Below the pieces are notes generated by a model. That model was not told the origin of the DNA. It saw only the letters and a program-made list of their open reading frames with translations, and did not search any database. Below are positions 19,753-29,409 of a stretch of DNA of 64,000 nucleotides, one piece after another. This stretch comes from Candidatus Woesearchaeota archaeon (lineage in GTDB: Archaea > Nanobdellota > Nanobdellia > Woesearchaeales > JAZDKJ01). The stretch spans positions 416,001 through 480,000 of the forward strand of contig JAZDKJ010000006.1 in the NCBI GenBank assembly GCA_043803105.1. Direction: 5' to 3'. Numbering within the stretch: the first letter of the stretch is position 1; every line of letters begins with the position of its first letter. Position numbers and translations under genes: made by a program.

Positions 19753-19908
19753 TCATTCCTCGCAGAAGAGCTGGTCCATCTCAAACTTGCTTATCTTGCC
19801 CTTGTTGAGCATTGAGAGTACTGGCTTCTTGCCCTTGCCGCCGTTTATCTGGTCAAAGACAAACTCATGCGTCTCGTTTGCTTCCTTTATCTCGTTCGTT
19901 TTGCCCAT
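19753..19908 (-). CDS. small hypothetical protein (51 aa; not in ORF track)
   Basis: Hand translation MGKTNEIKEANETHEFVFDQINGGKGKKPVLSMLNKGKISKFEMDQLFCEE*; GAGG SD; stop 7 nt before the SpoU start. Confidence 0.6.
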   Translation of the reverse strand: MGKTNEIKEANETHEFVFDQINGGKGKKPVLSMLNKGKISKFEMDQLFCEE

Positions 19909-20145
19909 TTTTGCCTCTTCAAAAGTTCAAGGCCCAAGCCCTTATCAGTCCGGGGGGAGAGAATTATGCGCTTGGGCGCAAGACTCTTGTTGTTACTATT
20001 AAGTAGAAATAACTAGTATATAAATTTTTCGATTTGTTACCACTATATAGTTAGTTAATACCAAAATCTTTAAAGTCTAAGGCGATTATGCTGCTCTTGC
20101 CTCAGTAAGATTTATAAGAAGCGGACAAATGCGATTAATGCCATA

Positions 20146-21315
20146 ATGAACAAGAAACTGCCTTTAGCAATGTTTTTAGCATTCGTAATACTTTCAGTAT
20201 TCACTCTCTCTGATGACAGCACATGTTCTGTAACCAAATGCGCTACTATTGACAATGTGAGCGTTAGTTTTCCAGCAACAGAGAGCTCTGCTGGAGAAAT
20301 TTGCATCTATTTTTTCTACGGCAAGAACTGCCCTCATTGCGCCAGGGTAGAGCCTCTGGTAACCGAGCTTGCGGTAAAGCATCCTCGAGTTGACCTTAAG
20401 CCGTTCGAGATTTACTTCAATAATTCAAACCAGCAGCTCTTCAATGACTTTGTCTCAAGGTATGACATTGATACCCCGGGAGTTCCCGCCCTCTTTATTG
20501 GAGACCGGGCCTTGATTGGAGAGGCTGCCATCCGTGACAATCTTGAGACGAGCATTGCCTATTTTGAAGAGCATGGTCCAATCTGTCCAGAGACTTATAA
20601 GAAGGTCGAGGGTACTCCGCATGAGTTGAGCCCTGCCACAGATGTTAAGCTCACCCTTCCTGCGCTTGTTATTGCTGCAGTTATTGACAGCATCAATCCT
20701 TGTGCTTTCTCAGTGCTCATTTTCCTTCTCCTGTATCTTTCTGCGCTTGGCGCAAGAAAAAAGATGCTGAAGGTCGGAATCACCTACATTGTGGTTATCT
20801 TCATTGTCTATTTTCTCTCAGGCCTTGGCCTTTTCACAGTGATCCAGACTACAAACCTTACAAAGTTTGTTTATACTATTGCTGCAGTCATCGCAATAAT
20901 TGCAGGGCTCATCAATGTTAAGGATTTTTTCTGGTATGGCAAGGGCATAACCCTGGCAATCCCAGAATCAAGAAAGCCTCTTCTGCAGAAATACATACAT
21001 AAGGCCACTCTACCTGCTGCTGTTGTGCTCGGAGTTCTGGTTAGCATGTTTGAGCTTCCTTGCACTGGAGGGGTTTATCTTGCAGTCCTGGGCCTCCTGA
21101 GCAGCAAGATGACCTTGATACAGGGAATTCCCTACTTGTTGCTGTACAACCTGATCTTTGTGCTTCCGTTGTTTGTTATCCTGTTGGCTATTTTCTGGGG
21201 CATGCCTCCAGAGCGCGCAGAAAGGTGGAGGCTTGATCAGCGCAAATGGATGAAGCTTGCTATGGGCATCTTGATGATCACTTTAGGTGTGATAATGCTT
21301 TTGGGGTGGATTTAG
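20146..21315 (+). CDS. thioredoxin/glutaredoxin domain fused to CcdA/DsbD-like transmembrane domain
   Basis: Signal/TM, FFYGKNCPHC, GVPALFIG, DSINPCAFSVL, FELPCTGGVY, YNLIFVLP. Confidence 0.88.
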   Translation: MNKKLPLAMFLAFVILSVFTLSDDSTCSVTKCATIDNVSVSFPATESSAGEICIYFFYGKNCPHCARVEPLVTELAVKHPRVDLKPFEIYFNNSNQQLFNDFVSRYDIDTPGVPALFIGDRALIGEAAIRDNLETSIAYFEEHGPICPETYKKVEGTPHELSPATDVKLTLPALVIAAVIDSINPCAFSVLIFLLLYLSALGARKKMLKVGITYIVVIFIVYFLSGLGLFTVIQTTNLTKFVYTIAAVIAIIAGLINVKDFFWYGKGITLAIPESRKPLLQKYIHKATLPAAVVLGVLVSMFELPCTGGVYLAVLGLLSSKMTLIQGIPYLLLYNLIFVLPLFVILLAIFWGMPPERAERWRLDQRKWMKLAMGILMITLGVIMLLGWI

Positions 21316-22047
21316 TTGGCCTTGTTTAAGGGATTTTTTGCAGGCAATGTCTTGTTTTATCCAGGATGCCTTACAAAGTTTGTTGGCAAGGATATTGAGG
21401 CAAACTACAAGCAGATCCTTTCAAAGGTAGGCGTGGAGTTTATTATGCTCAAGGACCTTGAGGTCTGCTGCGGAAGTCCGGTGATGAATTCAGGGCATTT
21501 TGATGAAGCAACCGACCTTGCGAAAAAGAACCTTGCGGTTTTCAAGGAGCATAGCGTGCAGAAGATCATTACAGCCTGCCCTGCCTGCTACAAGATGTTC
21601 TCAAAGGAGTATCCCAGGATGCTGAAGTCTTGGGATATCGAGGTAGAGCACATTACCCAGATCATAGAGAAGGCAATTAAGTCTGGCAAATATAAGCCTG
21701 CAAAAAAGGACTTTGTGGTAACGTATCATGACCCCTGCCATTTGGGCAGGCATTGCGGCATTTACGATTCGCCAAGGGAAATCATCAAGAGCACTGGAGC
21801 CAATCTCAAGGAGATGCGTTTAAACAAGGAAATGGCTTTCTGTTGTGGTGCAGGCTCTGGTGTAAAGTCTAACTATCCTGAACTTGCGAACTCAGCAGGC
21901 AAGGAACGAATCAAGATGGCAAAAGAGACAAAAGCAAAATGTCTAGTAACCACCTGCCCCATGTGCTTTTATAATCTTAAGGAGAACTCTGAAGACTTGG
22001 AAGTAATGGAACTAAGCGAATTCCTTGAAGGTGGCAAGAATGGATGA
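21316..22047 (+). CDS. CCG-domain Fe-S protein (LutA/LldE/GlpC-like)
   Basis: YPGC, CCGSP, TACPAC, TYHDPCHLGR, CCGAGSG, TTCPMC. Confidence 0.88.
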   Translation: MALFKGFFAGNVLFYPGCLTKFVGKDIEANYKQILSKVGVEFIMLKDLEVCCGSPVMNSGHFDEATDLAKKNLAVFKEHSVQKIITACPACYKMFSKEYPRMLKSWDIEVEHITQIIEKAIKSGKYKPAKKDFVVTYHDPCHLGRHCGIYDSPREIIKSTGANLKEMRLNKEMAFCCGAGSGVKSNYPELANSAGKERIKMAKETKAKCLVTTCPMCFYNLKENSEDLEVMELSEFLEGGKNG

Positions 22048-23299
22048 CCTTGTTAAGGAAATCAAAGCCAGGGCCTCATTGAAAGAAATTCTTCTGCCCA
22101 TAGTCTATTCATACAAGCAGAAGAGGGACTCGATTGCAGTTGACAAAGATAAGCTGCGTGATAATGTCAGGCAAATCAAGGAAAAGTCGATTGAAGATAT
22201 TTCCTCCCTGCGAAAGCAGGCAATCTCGAACCTTCAGAAAAGTGGTATTACTGTTCTAGAGCTGCCTGACGCAAAGGCCGTGAAAAAGGTGCTTTATGAT
22301 ATCATCGGTAAAGAGAAGCTGATTGTAAAGTCCAAGTCAAATCTTGCTAGCGAATTGGGGCTTAGTGAGATGCTGGCAGGTAGCGAGCTTGTTGAGACTG
22401 ATGTCGGCGATTTCCTGGTTAACCTTGCTGAAGAGAAAGAATCTCATCCAGTGCTTCCTGCGCTTCTGCTCACTCCAGAGCGCATATCCGAACTCATTGA
22501 GCAAAAGTTGCATGAGAAGGTCAAGCCTAACCCAGATGCAATTGTCAGGTTTGTTCGCGAATATATCAGGGGCAAATTGCTTGCAGCAAAGGTCGGAATC
22601 ACCGGAGCAAATGTAATAACTGCAGACGGAAGTGTGGTGATACTTGAGAATGAAGGTAATATCTCCCTTGTTTCCAGGATTCCTGACAAGCATGTGATCA
22701 TCGCAGGCATTGATAAGATCGTGCCTACTCGTGAGGATGCACTGCAGATTGTCAAGTGTGCTGCTGTGTATGGCACAGGCCAGGATTATCCGTCCTACGT
22801 CAACATAATTTCTGGTCCAAGCAAGACTGCTGACATACAGAACGAGACAGTTACTGGAGCCCAGGGCGCTAAAGAGGTTTTCCTGCTTCTTGTCGACAAT
22901 GGCCGTTCAGCTATCTTGAAGAGCGATTACAAGGAATTGCTGTATTGCATAAACTGTGGAGCATGCCTTAATTTCTGCCCGGTCTATCACCAGATAACCA
23001 CTCGCTATGGCTCTAAGTTTCCAGGGGCAAAAGGCGTTATCCAGTCTGTTTTTCTTGAAGGATTGCACGAGTCTTATGAGCATGGAGCATACTTTTGCAC
23101 TGGCTGCCAGGCATGCAAGGAGAATTGTCCTGCCAAGATCGACCTCCCGAACCTTATAAAAACTCTTAGGAGGGATTTAGCCAAGAACGGTATCGAACCC
23201 AAGGGAGTAACTGAGATGATAAAGAACGTGAAGAAGTTCGGCAATCCTTTTGGCGAAGTGGCTGAAGGCAAAATACCGAAGAGCCTTTATTGCTGCTAG
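22040..23299 (+). CDS. LUD + 4Fe-4S dicluster protein (LutB/LldF-like)
   Basis: VKSKS, ETDVGD, GITGAN, ENEGN, ISGPSKTADI, CINCGACLNFCP, CTGCQACKENCP. Confidence 0.9.
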   Translation: MDDLVKEIKARASLKEILLPIVYSYKQKRDSIAVDKDKLRDNVRQIKEKSIEDISSLRKQAISNLQKSGITVLELPDAKAVKKVLYDIIGKEKLIVKSKSNLASELGLSEMLAGSELVETDVGDFLVNLAEEKESHPVLPALLLTPERISELIEQKLHEKVKPNPDAIVRFVREYIRGKLLAAKVGITGANVITADGSVVILENEGNISLVSRIPDKHVIIAGIDKIVPTREDALQIVKCAAVYGTGQDYPSYVNIISGPSKTADIQNETVTGAQGAKEVFLLLVDNGRSAILKSDYKELLYCINCGACLNFCPVYHQITTRYGSKFPGAKGVIQSVFLEGLHESYEHGAYFCTGCQACKENCPAKIDLPNLIKTLRRDLAKNGIEPKGVTEMIKNVKKFGNPFGEVAEGKIPKSLYCC

Positions 23300-23303
23300 G
23301 ATT

Positions 23304-23846
23304 CTATTTCTTTTTGGTGATGAGCCTGTATGGCCTTTCCAGCATCGGACCATTGTCGCCATTTATCGCGATGTACTCTGAAGGCAAAACATCTGTGAGG
23401 TCTGTTGGTTGTCGCTCCCACCCATAGATAAGGTAGTCCCATCTCAGCTTGTACGGCTCAAGCATCACTATGCGGCATTTAGGCATGAAGGTGTTCTTGT
23501 CGAGTTTTGGTTCGCACCTTAAGCTCAAGGTGATTGCTTCATAATGATTTGAAGTAACTCGATTGATGAAACCAGTCTCCACCATGACCCTGCCAATCGT
23601 GCCCACTTTGCCCGAATCCGGTATGATAAAACTTTCTGGATAATAAATCCAGTGTCTGCCTAAAGAAATAACCTCAGTATTGCCGAGGGACTCCTTTACC
23701 TCTGGGTTTATGAGCTTGTGCCAAGCCACAGCCATCGGACTGGAGTCTGTAAACTCACCCAGAATGAATTTGTCGTCAGGAAACACGCGTTTTTCGTTAA
23801 GGTAACCCACCAGTTTTCCTATGTCAAAAAATTCCAGTCCTGCCAT
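23304..23846 (-). CDS. hypothetical protein
   Basis: 180-aa ORF with upstream TTTTAAAA box. Confidence 0.6.
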   Translation of the reverse strand: MAGLEFFDIGKLVGYLNEKRVFPDDKFILGEFTDSSPMAVAWHKLINPEVKESLGNTEVISLGRHWIYYPESFIIPDSGKVGTIGRVMVETGFINRVTSNHYEAITLSLRCEPKLDKNTFMPKCRIVMLEPYKLRWDYLIYGWERQPTDLTDVLPSEYIAINGDNGPMLERPYRLITKKK

Positions 23847-23897
23847 AATACCTGTAGTTGCCCGATGGCTTTTAAAACTTTCCCGCTGAATTTGGCC

Positions 23898-24698
23898 TTA
23901 TCTTTCATAATGAGCAACATAATTCCTTAACAGCTCTTCTATCTTGTTCGCCTTTGTTGCCTTGCCATGCACAGAATCCGGGTTTATTACCCATTCGATT
24001 ATTATGCCCAGTACTGCACCGTCTGATATGACAACGCTTCCGCTATGGCCCTTTACCACGCGCACTCCAGCCACGACATACGAATCATTTTGGCTGATTA
24101 TCTGTCCTAAGAGCATAGGCTTTCCGTTTGCAGAGCTTGGCAGCACCACAACATCTTTGTTCCTCGGGTCTTTGCAGAATGGCACAGGATTCCTATTATC
24201 GGATTCTCCCTGAAAAATTCCAAGGCATATGTCTAATTCGGTTGAATACGCCAGCAGTTTTCCATTCTTATACACGCTCCCGTTGTCCAATTCCAGCTCT
24301 GGTTGGTGGCAGAGGACCTTAAGTATATGGTAGGCAGACAGGAAAAAAACATTCTCCTCGAGTGAGCCGATTGTGATTGCCTGCCCGCTGAAGAAGCGTT
24401 CCGCGAGCCCTTGAGGAGTCTGTTTGAGGAATACCGGGCACTTGACATAGCCCATCTTTTTGCTTATCTCTTCGACAGATTGGCTTGGAACCTTGTACAT
24501 GTTTGTGACTATCTCATGGATCGATTCTGCGCATTTCTCGCCGAATCTTTGGTCTATATCCGGATTCAAGTGAAAATCTGTTCTTCCACCATTTTTTTGT
24601 CTCATTTCACTTTCAAGGCTGAGTGCCTTTCCTTTGGATATTTGTAGGCTGGCTGCAAAAATCAGTCCTTGCTCGATGAACTTACGCCTTGTGATCAT
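23898..24698 (-). CDS. trypsin-like serine protease with twin-arginine-like N-terminus
   Basis: TRRKFI N-terminus; SAYHIL (His), LDICL (Asp), KGHSGSVV (Ser). Confidence 0.7.
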   Translation of the reverse strand: MITRRKFIEQGLIFAASLQISKGKALSLESEMRQKNGGRTDFHLNPDIDQRFGEKCAESIHEIVTNMYKVPSQSVEEISKKMGYVKCPVFLKQTPQGLAERFFSGQAITIGSLEENVFFLSAYHILKVLCHQPELELDNGSVYKNGKLLAYSTELDICLGIFQGESDNRNPVPFCKDPRNKDVVVLPSSANGKPMLLGQIISQNDSYVVAGVRVVKGHSGSVVISDGAVLGIIIEWVINPDSVHGKATKANKIEELLRNYVAHYER

Positions 24699-24771
24699 AG
24701 TAGAAAAATCACTTTTTCTTATTTAAAGCTTTGCAGCCTCAGCAACTATCTAGAATTTTGGCAGGGTAAAT

Positions 24772-25113
24772 CTATTTTTGTGCTGCTTTCCTCTTTGCCT
24801 TCTGTTCTCTTATGAAAGGTATTCTCATGATTTTCTGGCAGCTCTTGCACGTGTATACTACCCTGCTGCTTCTTGTCCTCACGCTGCAGTTGATCCCTGG
24901 GACAAGATATGTGTAGCAATGCTTGCAATACCTTAGCCTGAACTTTTCAGGCATTGGGACGTTGAACCTCATCGATAGGTTTCTTGCAAGTGTTACGTAC
25001 CTATTCGCGAGCGCAAGCTCTGTTCTGGCCTCTTTTTCAGCCTTGCCAAACAGGAATTCTATGCGCCTGGAAACGATTTTTTTGGCCTCCAATACTTTTT
25101 TCAGGTTTCTCAT
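24772..25113 (-). CDS. rnp4: ribonuclease P protein subunit Rpp21
   Basis: ANRYVTLA, YCKHC..YLVPG, YTCKSC..MRIP zinc ribbon. Confidence 0.92.
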   Translation of the reverse strand: MRNLKKVLEAKKIVSRRIEFLFGKAEKEARTELALANRYVTLARNLSMRFNVPMPEKFRLRYCKHCYTYLVPGINCSVRTRSSRVVYTCKSCQKIMRIPFIREQKAKRKAAQK

Positions 25114-25190
25114 CTATTGAGTGCCAATTGCCTGGGTTTTAAAAACGTTTCCACAAAAGATATTTAAACATGAACCACCAAGATCAAGGC

Positions 25191-25385
25191 ATGATAGAAA
25201 AGAAAGTCTCCCATTCTGAATATAAGAAACTCAAGCGCTGGTATGAAGAGCAGCTTAGAAGCAAGGATAAGCAGATTGAAGAGCTCAAGCGAGAGAACGA
25301 GACTGTCATCAAGACTGCTGTCAGCCAGGCCAAAAGGGCAAAGGATTGGGAGGGCATTGCTAGGCAATTTGCAGCAAAAAAATAA
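25191..25385 (+). CDS. small coiled-coil hypothetical protein
   Basis: KDKQIEELKRENE heptads; TATTTAAA upstream. Confidence 0.55.
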   Translation: MIEKKVSHSEYKKLKRWYEEQLRSKDKQIEELKRENETVIKTAVSQAKRAKDWEGIARQFAAKK

Positions 25386-25423
25386 GCGATTGTTTTATAA
25401 ACTGTTAGCCTTCCCTTTTGCTG

Positions 25424-26062
25424 ATGCTCCCAGACCTTCTCAAGATATTTTTTCACCTTGATGAATTCCTGGGTGCTGCAATCCAGCAATACGGTGTTTT
25501 TGTTTATTTGATAGTGTTTGTCATTGTTTTCATGGAGACTGGCCTTGTTCTCACGCCTTTCTTGCCAGGCGACTCTCTCTTGTTTGTTTCAGGTACTCTT
25601 GCTTCCACAGGACTTTTGAACATTTTCTTTCTCTTTATCCTTGTGGCTATAGCGGCAGTTCTGGGTGACACAGTCAACTACTGGTTGGGCAGCGTCTTTG
25701 GAGAAAAGGTTTTTGCCAAGAGCAGGTTGTTTAAGAAGAAGTATCTTGACCAGACAAAGGAGTTCTATAAAAAACACGGCGCAGAGACTATTATCCTCGC
25801 GCGCTTCATTCCCATTGTCAGGACATTTGCTCCTTTTGTGGCTGGCATTGGTAAGATGAATTACGTGCGCTTCTTGATCTTCAATGTTATTGGTGCTCTC
25901 GCATGGGTTGTTGTTTTCCTATTAGGGGGCTATTTCTTTGGCTCTCTGCCCTTTGTTAGGAACAACCTGACGCTTGTTACGCTCGCGATTATAGTGATTT
26001 CTATGATACCCCCGGGCATTGAGGTTTGGAGGCAATGGAGAAAATCGAACAGGCATATTTAA
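25424..26062 (+). CDS. dedA: DedA-family membrane protein
   Basis: ETGLVLTPFLPGDSLLF, GDTVNYWLG, ARFIPIVRTFAPFVAG. Confidence 0.95.
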   Translation: MLPDLLKIFFHLDEFLGAAIQQYGVFVYLIVFVIVFMETGLVLTPFLPGDSLLFVSGTLASTGLLNIFFLFILVAIAAVLGDTVNYWLGSVFGEKVFAKSRLFKKKYLDQTKEFYKKHGAETIILARFIPIVRTFAPFVAGIGKMNYVRFLIFNVIGALAWVVVFLLGGYFFGSLPFVRNNLTLVTLAIIVISMIPPGIEVWRQWRKSNRHI

Positions 26063-26106
26063 CCAAAAGCACAATGTTTTTATAGTAATCCAGATACTTT
26101 TTTATT

Positions 26107-26361
26107 ATGTACGAGAAGAAACCTGTCGAGAAAGAGCCTCCTTTAACCGATGAGGAATCTGTTTATGAGGACGAATCGCGCTCTGAACTTGTTGAAGATG
26201 ATGAGATTACTCCTGAAGAGAGCGGCTTTATGCAGGGTTATGAAAGTGAGGAGCCAGCTCCTGTGAAAGAAGAAGAGGAGGAGGAAGAATCGTTCATTGC
26301 ACGGAAAACTAAAAAAATCAAAAAGTTCATCTCAAAGTTTAGAAGAAAGAAAAAGGTCTAG
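26107..26361 (+). CDS. small acidic protein with basic C-terminus
   Basis: EDDEITPEESGFMQGY; TATA upstream. Confidence 0.6.
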   Translation: MYEKKPVEKEPPLTDEESVYEDESRSELVEDDEITPEESGFMQGYESEEPAPVKEEEEEEESFIARKTKKIKKFISKFRRKKKV

Positions 26362-26379
26362 AATGTTCTTGGTGTGCTC

Positions 26380-28065
26380 ATGCAAAGCTTTGAGTCTGAT
26401 GTGAGGGAGCTTCTGGAGGGGCTCATTCCTGGCCAGACAATCGCCCTAGCGCAACCGCCTGACCAGTCGATGGGTGATTTGGCCTTTGCCTGTTTCGAAC
26501 TCGCAAAATCACAGCATAAGAATCCGGCTGATATTGCGGGCGAACTGGCCACCGCGCTTAAACCAGAAGGGCTTGTGAAAAAGATTGAGGCCATGGGCCC
26601 TTACGTCAATTTTTTCGTTGACAAGCAAGCGCTTTTTGCACTGCTTTCAAAGCAGATAGAAAGGAAGAAGGACAGGTTTGGGGCTGGGAAAAGACAGAGA
26701 GAGCGCATAATGGTTGAGTTCTTTCACGCCAACACTCATAAGGCAGTGCACATTGGTCACGTCCGCACAATGTGCTTGGGGATTGCCCTTTCAAACATCC
26801 TGGAATTTTATGGTCACAAGGTGTTTAGGGCAAATTATCAAGGTGACATCGGGCCGCATGTGGTTAAGTGCATTTGGGGCCTGATGCGTTTCAAGGAAGA
26901 ACCTTCAAATGAGAGCAAGCTTAAATGGCTTGGCGAGATATACACTAGGGCTCATCATCTGATCGATGGCAATGAGGAGCTTGAGCAGGAGATAAAGTCA
27001 ATGACAAAGAAGCTTTACGACGGAGATCCTGAGCTCGTCAAGATATGGAAGGAAACAAGGCAATGGTGCCTTGATGACTTCAATAAGATGTACGAAGAAT
27101 TTGGCGTCAAGTTTGATAGGCTGTTTTTTGAAAGTGAAGTGGAGCCTCGTGGCAAGAAGATAGTGAAAGACCTGCTAAAAAAAGGCATAGCAAAGGAGAG
27201 CGAAGGCGCCATCATAATGGACCTGGAGCAGCATGGCCTCGGTATCTTCCTCTTGCTAAGGAATGATGGCGTTGCCCTTTACTCAACTAAAGACCTTGCC
27301 CTCGCACAGCTCAAGTTCAAGGAGTTCAAGGTTGAAAGGAACATCCATGTTGTCGGCGCTGAGCAAGAGTTGTATTTCAGGCAGCTAAAAAAGACCTTGG
27401 AATTGATTGGCTCCCCGAATGCTAACAAGCTATATCATCTGTCTTATGGTTTGGTGATGCTTCCCGAGGGCAAGATGAGTTCTCGTGTTGGCACTGTTGT
27501 TCTTTATGAAGACCTCAAGCAAAGGCTCTATGATGCTGCTGAAAAATCTACCCGGGAGCGTCATGATGATTGGGATGCTTCAAAGATTGACCAAACCAAG
27601 AGACTGCTGGCATTTTCTGCACTGAAGTTTGGCATGGTCTCTCGCGAGACAAACAAGTCCTTGCTCTTCGACTGGGACAAGGCCCTTGATTTTGAGGGTG
27701 AAACTGGTCCCTATGTTCAATATGCTTTCGCGAGGATTTGTTCTATATTAAGGAAGCATGATAAGCCGTTAGCAAAAAGAATAGATTACAACCTTCTTAG
27801 CGCACCTCATGAAGAAAGGATAATATCGCTTCTCTCTGGTTTCGAGTCCAGGGTCTCTGAGGCAGCCACGCACTACAGGCCATATGTGCTTGCTAAATTT
27901 CTTGTTGAGCTTGCCCAAGCATTTAACGAGTTCTACCATGCCTGTCCCATACTTCAGGAAAAAGAAGGTCTGATGCATGCACGCCTGGCGCTGATAACCT
28001 CAGTTCGACAGGTCTTGGCAAATGGACTTATGCTTCTCGGCATCCAAGCGCCAGAGATGATGTGA
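26380..28065 (+). CDS. argS: arginine--tRNA ligase
   Basis: ANTHKAVHIGH (HIGH), KMSSR, FEGETGPYVQY, DALR anticodon-binding domain. Confidence 0.96.
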   Translation: MQSFESDVRELLEGLIPGQTIALAQPPDQSMGDLAFACFELAKSQHKNPADIAGELATALKPEGLVKKIEAMGPYVNFFVDKQALFALLSKQIERKKDRFGAGKRQRERIMVEFFHANTHKAVHIGHVRTMCLGIALSNILEFYGHKVFRANYQGDIGPHVVKCIWGLMRFKEEPSNESKLKWLGEIYTRAHHLIDGNEELEQEIKSMTKKLYDGDPELVKIWKETRQWCLDDFNKMYEEFGVKFDRLFFESEVEPRGKKIVKDLLKKGIAKESEGAIIMDLEQHGLGIFLLLRNDGVALYSTKDLALAQLKFKEFKVERNIHVVGAEQELYFRQLKKTLELIGSPNANKLYHLSYGLVMLPEGKMSSRVGTVVLYEDLKQRLYDAAEKSTRERHDDWDASKIDQTKRLLAFSALKFGMVSRETNKSLLFDWDKALDFEGETGPYVQYAFARICSILRKHDKPLAKRIDYNLLSAPHEERIISLLSGFESRVSEAATHYRPYVLAKFLVELAQAFNEFYHACPILQEKEGLMHARLALITSVRQVLANGLMLLGIQAPEMM

Positions 28066-28098
28066 GGTTTTTTATATTGCAAGCATTTTTTTCTTGCC

Positions 28099-28782
28099 AT
28101 GATTTTGGTGCAAGCTGATACTTCAACACCTGAGCTCTTGGATCATGTCAAGGCAAATCTGAACGAGAGCTTAAAGGTGCCTCTAATCCATTCGACAAGC
28201 CTGCAATCGTTTGAAGAGTCGCCTTCTTTCGAAGAACTGCCCGTATTTGTCGGTAAGGACCACACTCTCACCGCTCGCGCATTTCAGCTTTTCTCGAAGA
28301 ATTTTTCAAAACCCGGTATCATAATGTTTGATGCTCACCTTGATTTGATTGAAAACAAGACTGTGCGGACATTGATTGACACATTGAAAGTTCCGCCAGA
28401 AAACATCCTGGTTGTCGGTGCCAGGAGTATTCGTGCTGCAGAGCTCGCCTCTCTAAGGCAAACCAGGCTTAAGGTTTATCCGATGAGAGAGATAATCTCC
28501 GAAGGAATCCAAAATGTCTGCGACTCTGTAATGTCTGTTGCAAAGAATTTTGGTGCTCTTTTTGTTTCGATCGACCTTGATGTTGTGGACCCAATCTTTG
28601 CTCCTGCTGTTCTTGCGAAAGAGCCTGCCGGCATGTCATCCAGAGAGTTGATATATTTTATTCAGAGGCTCAAATTGTTACGCAATCTCAAGGCGTTTGA
28701 TGTCATGGGTTTTTTGCCTGAAAAAGACACTCAAGAGATCACCCTTAAATTGTTGGTAAAAATTGTCCAGGAGGCTTATTAA
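28099..28782 (+). CDS. short arginase/agmatinase-family protein
   Basis: GKDHT, FDAHLD, VGARS, SIDLDVVDP..APAV..EPAG. Confidence 0.8.
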   Translation: MILVQADTSTPELLDHVKANLNESLKVPLIHSTSLQSFEESPSFEELPVFVGKDHTLTARAFQLFSKNFSKPGIIMFDAHLDLIENKTVRTLIDTLKVPPENILVVGARSIRAAELASLRQTRLKVYPMREIISEGIQNVCDSVMSVAKNFGALFVSIDLDVVDPIFAPAVLAKEPAGMSSRELIYFIQRLKLLRNLKAFDVMGFLPEKDTQEITLKLLVKIVQEAY

Positions 28783-28884
28783 TATACTTTTTTATATACC
28801 AAAATACTATATACTTCACTAATTTTGTAAAAAGGTCCTGTTATTCCATAACATTTATAAATGAATTTTGGCTATCAATAGTTT

Positions 28885-29076
28885 ATGGGTAGAATAAAGA
28901 CTAAGCTTGTGAAGAGATTTACTGAAGAGATCTTTGCTGAGCATGCAGCTGATTTCAAGAAGGACTTTAACGAGAACAAGCCTCTCGTCGAGAAATACCT
29001 TGATGTCAACAGCAGGAAGCTAAGGAATGTTATTGCTGGTTATATTACAAGGCTGGTTAGGGCTAGAAGGACTTAG
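28885..29076 (+). CDS. rps17e: 30S ribosomal protein S17e
   Basis: MGRIKT..VKR, DFNENK, RNVIAGYITR. Confidence 0.96.
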   Translation: MGRIKTKLVKRFTEEIFAEHAADFKKDFNENKPLVEKYLDVNSRKLRNVIAGYITRLVRARRT

Positions 29077-29094
29077 TGTAGTGGGGGTGCTTGG

Positions 29095-29382
29095 ATGCTG
29101 AAGGACAACTCTATCTTCGTTGGTGGAAAGCCATTCATGAATTATGTGACTGGCGTAGTGATGCAGTTTACGACTAAGGGTGCAGACGAGGTTATTGTTA
29201 AGGCGCGAGGAAAGTTCATCTCCCGTGCTGTTGATATTTCTGAGGTCGCAACAAAGCGGTTTCTCGAAGGTCAGATAGAGGTTAAGGACATCAGGATTGA
29301 CTCTGAGGGTTTTAAGAACAAGGAAGGCAAGGATGTTAGGGTTTCCATTATTGAGATTACCCTAGTCAAGATATTGAAATAA
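29095..29382 (+). CDS. albA: DNA/RNA-binding protein Alba
   Basis: IFVGGKPFMNYV, VKARGKFISRAVD, VSIIEI. Confidence 0.96.
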   Translation: MLKDNSIFVGGKPFMNYVTGVVMQFTTKGADEVIVKARGKFISRAVDISEVATKRFLEGQIEVKDIRIDSEGFKNKEGKDVRVSIIEITLVKILK

Positions 29383-29409
29383 CCTTTGACAAGAAATTGG
29401 CTTTTTTTC

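Noticed and set aside
19932-19977. Fluoride or other known riboswitch
   Set aside because: Lacks the consensus features I can recall; kept only as an unassigned structured leader.
19787-20006. Plus-strand short ORFs in the track
   Set aside because: The minus strand has the promoter, SD and a coherent 51-aa ORF; the plus-strand ORFs look spurious.
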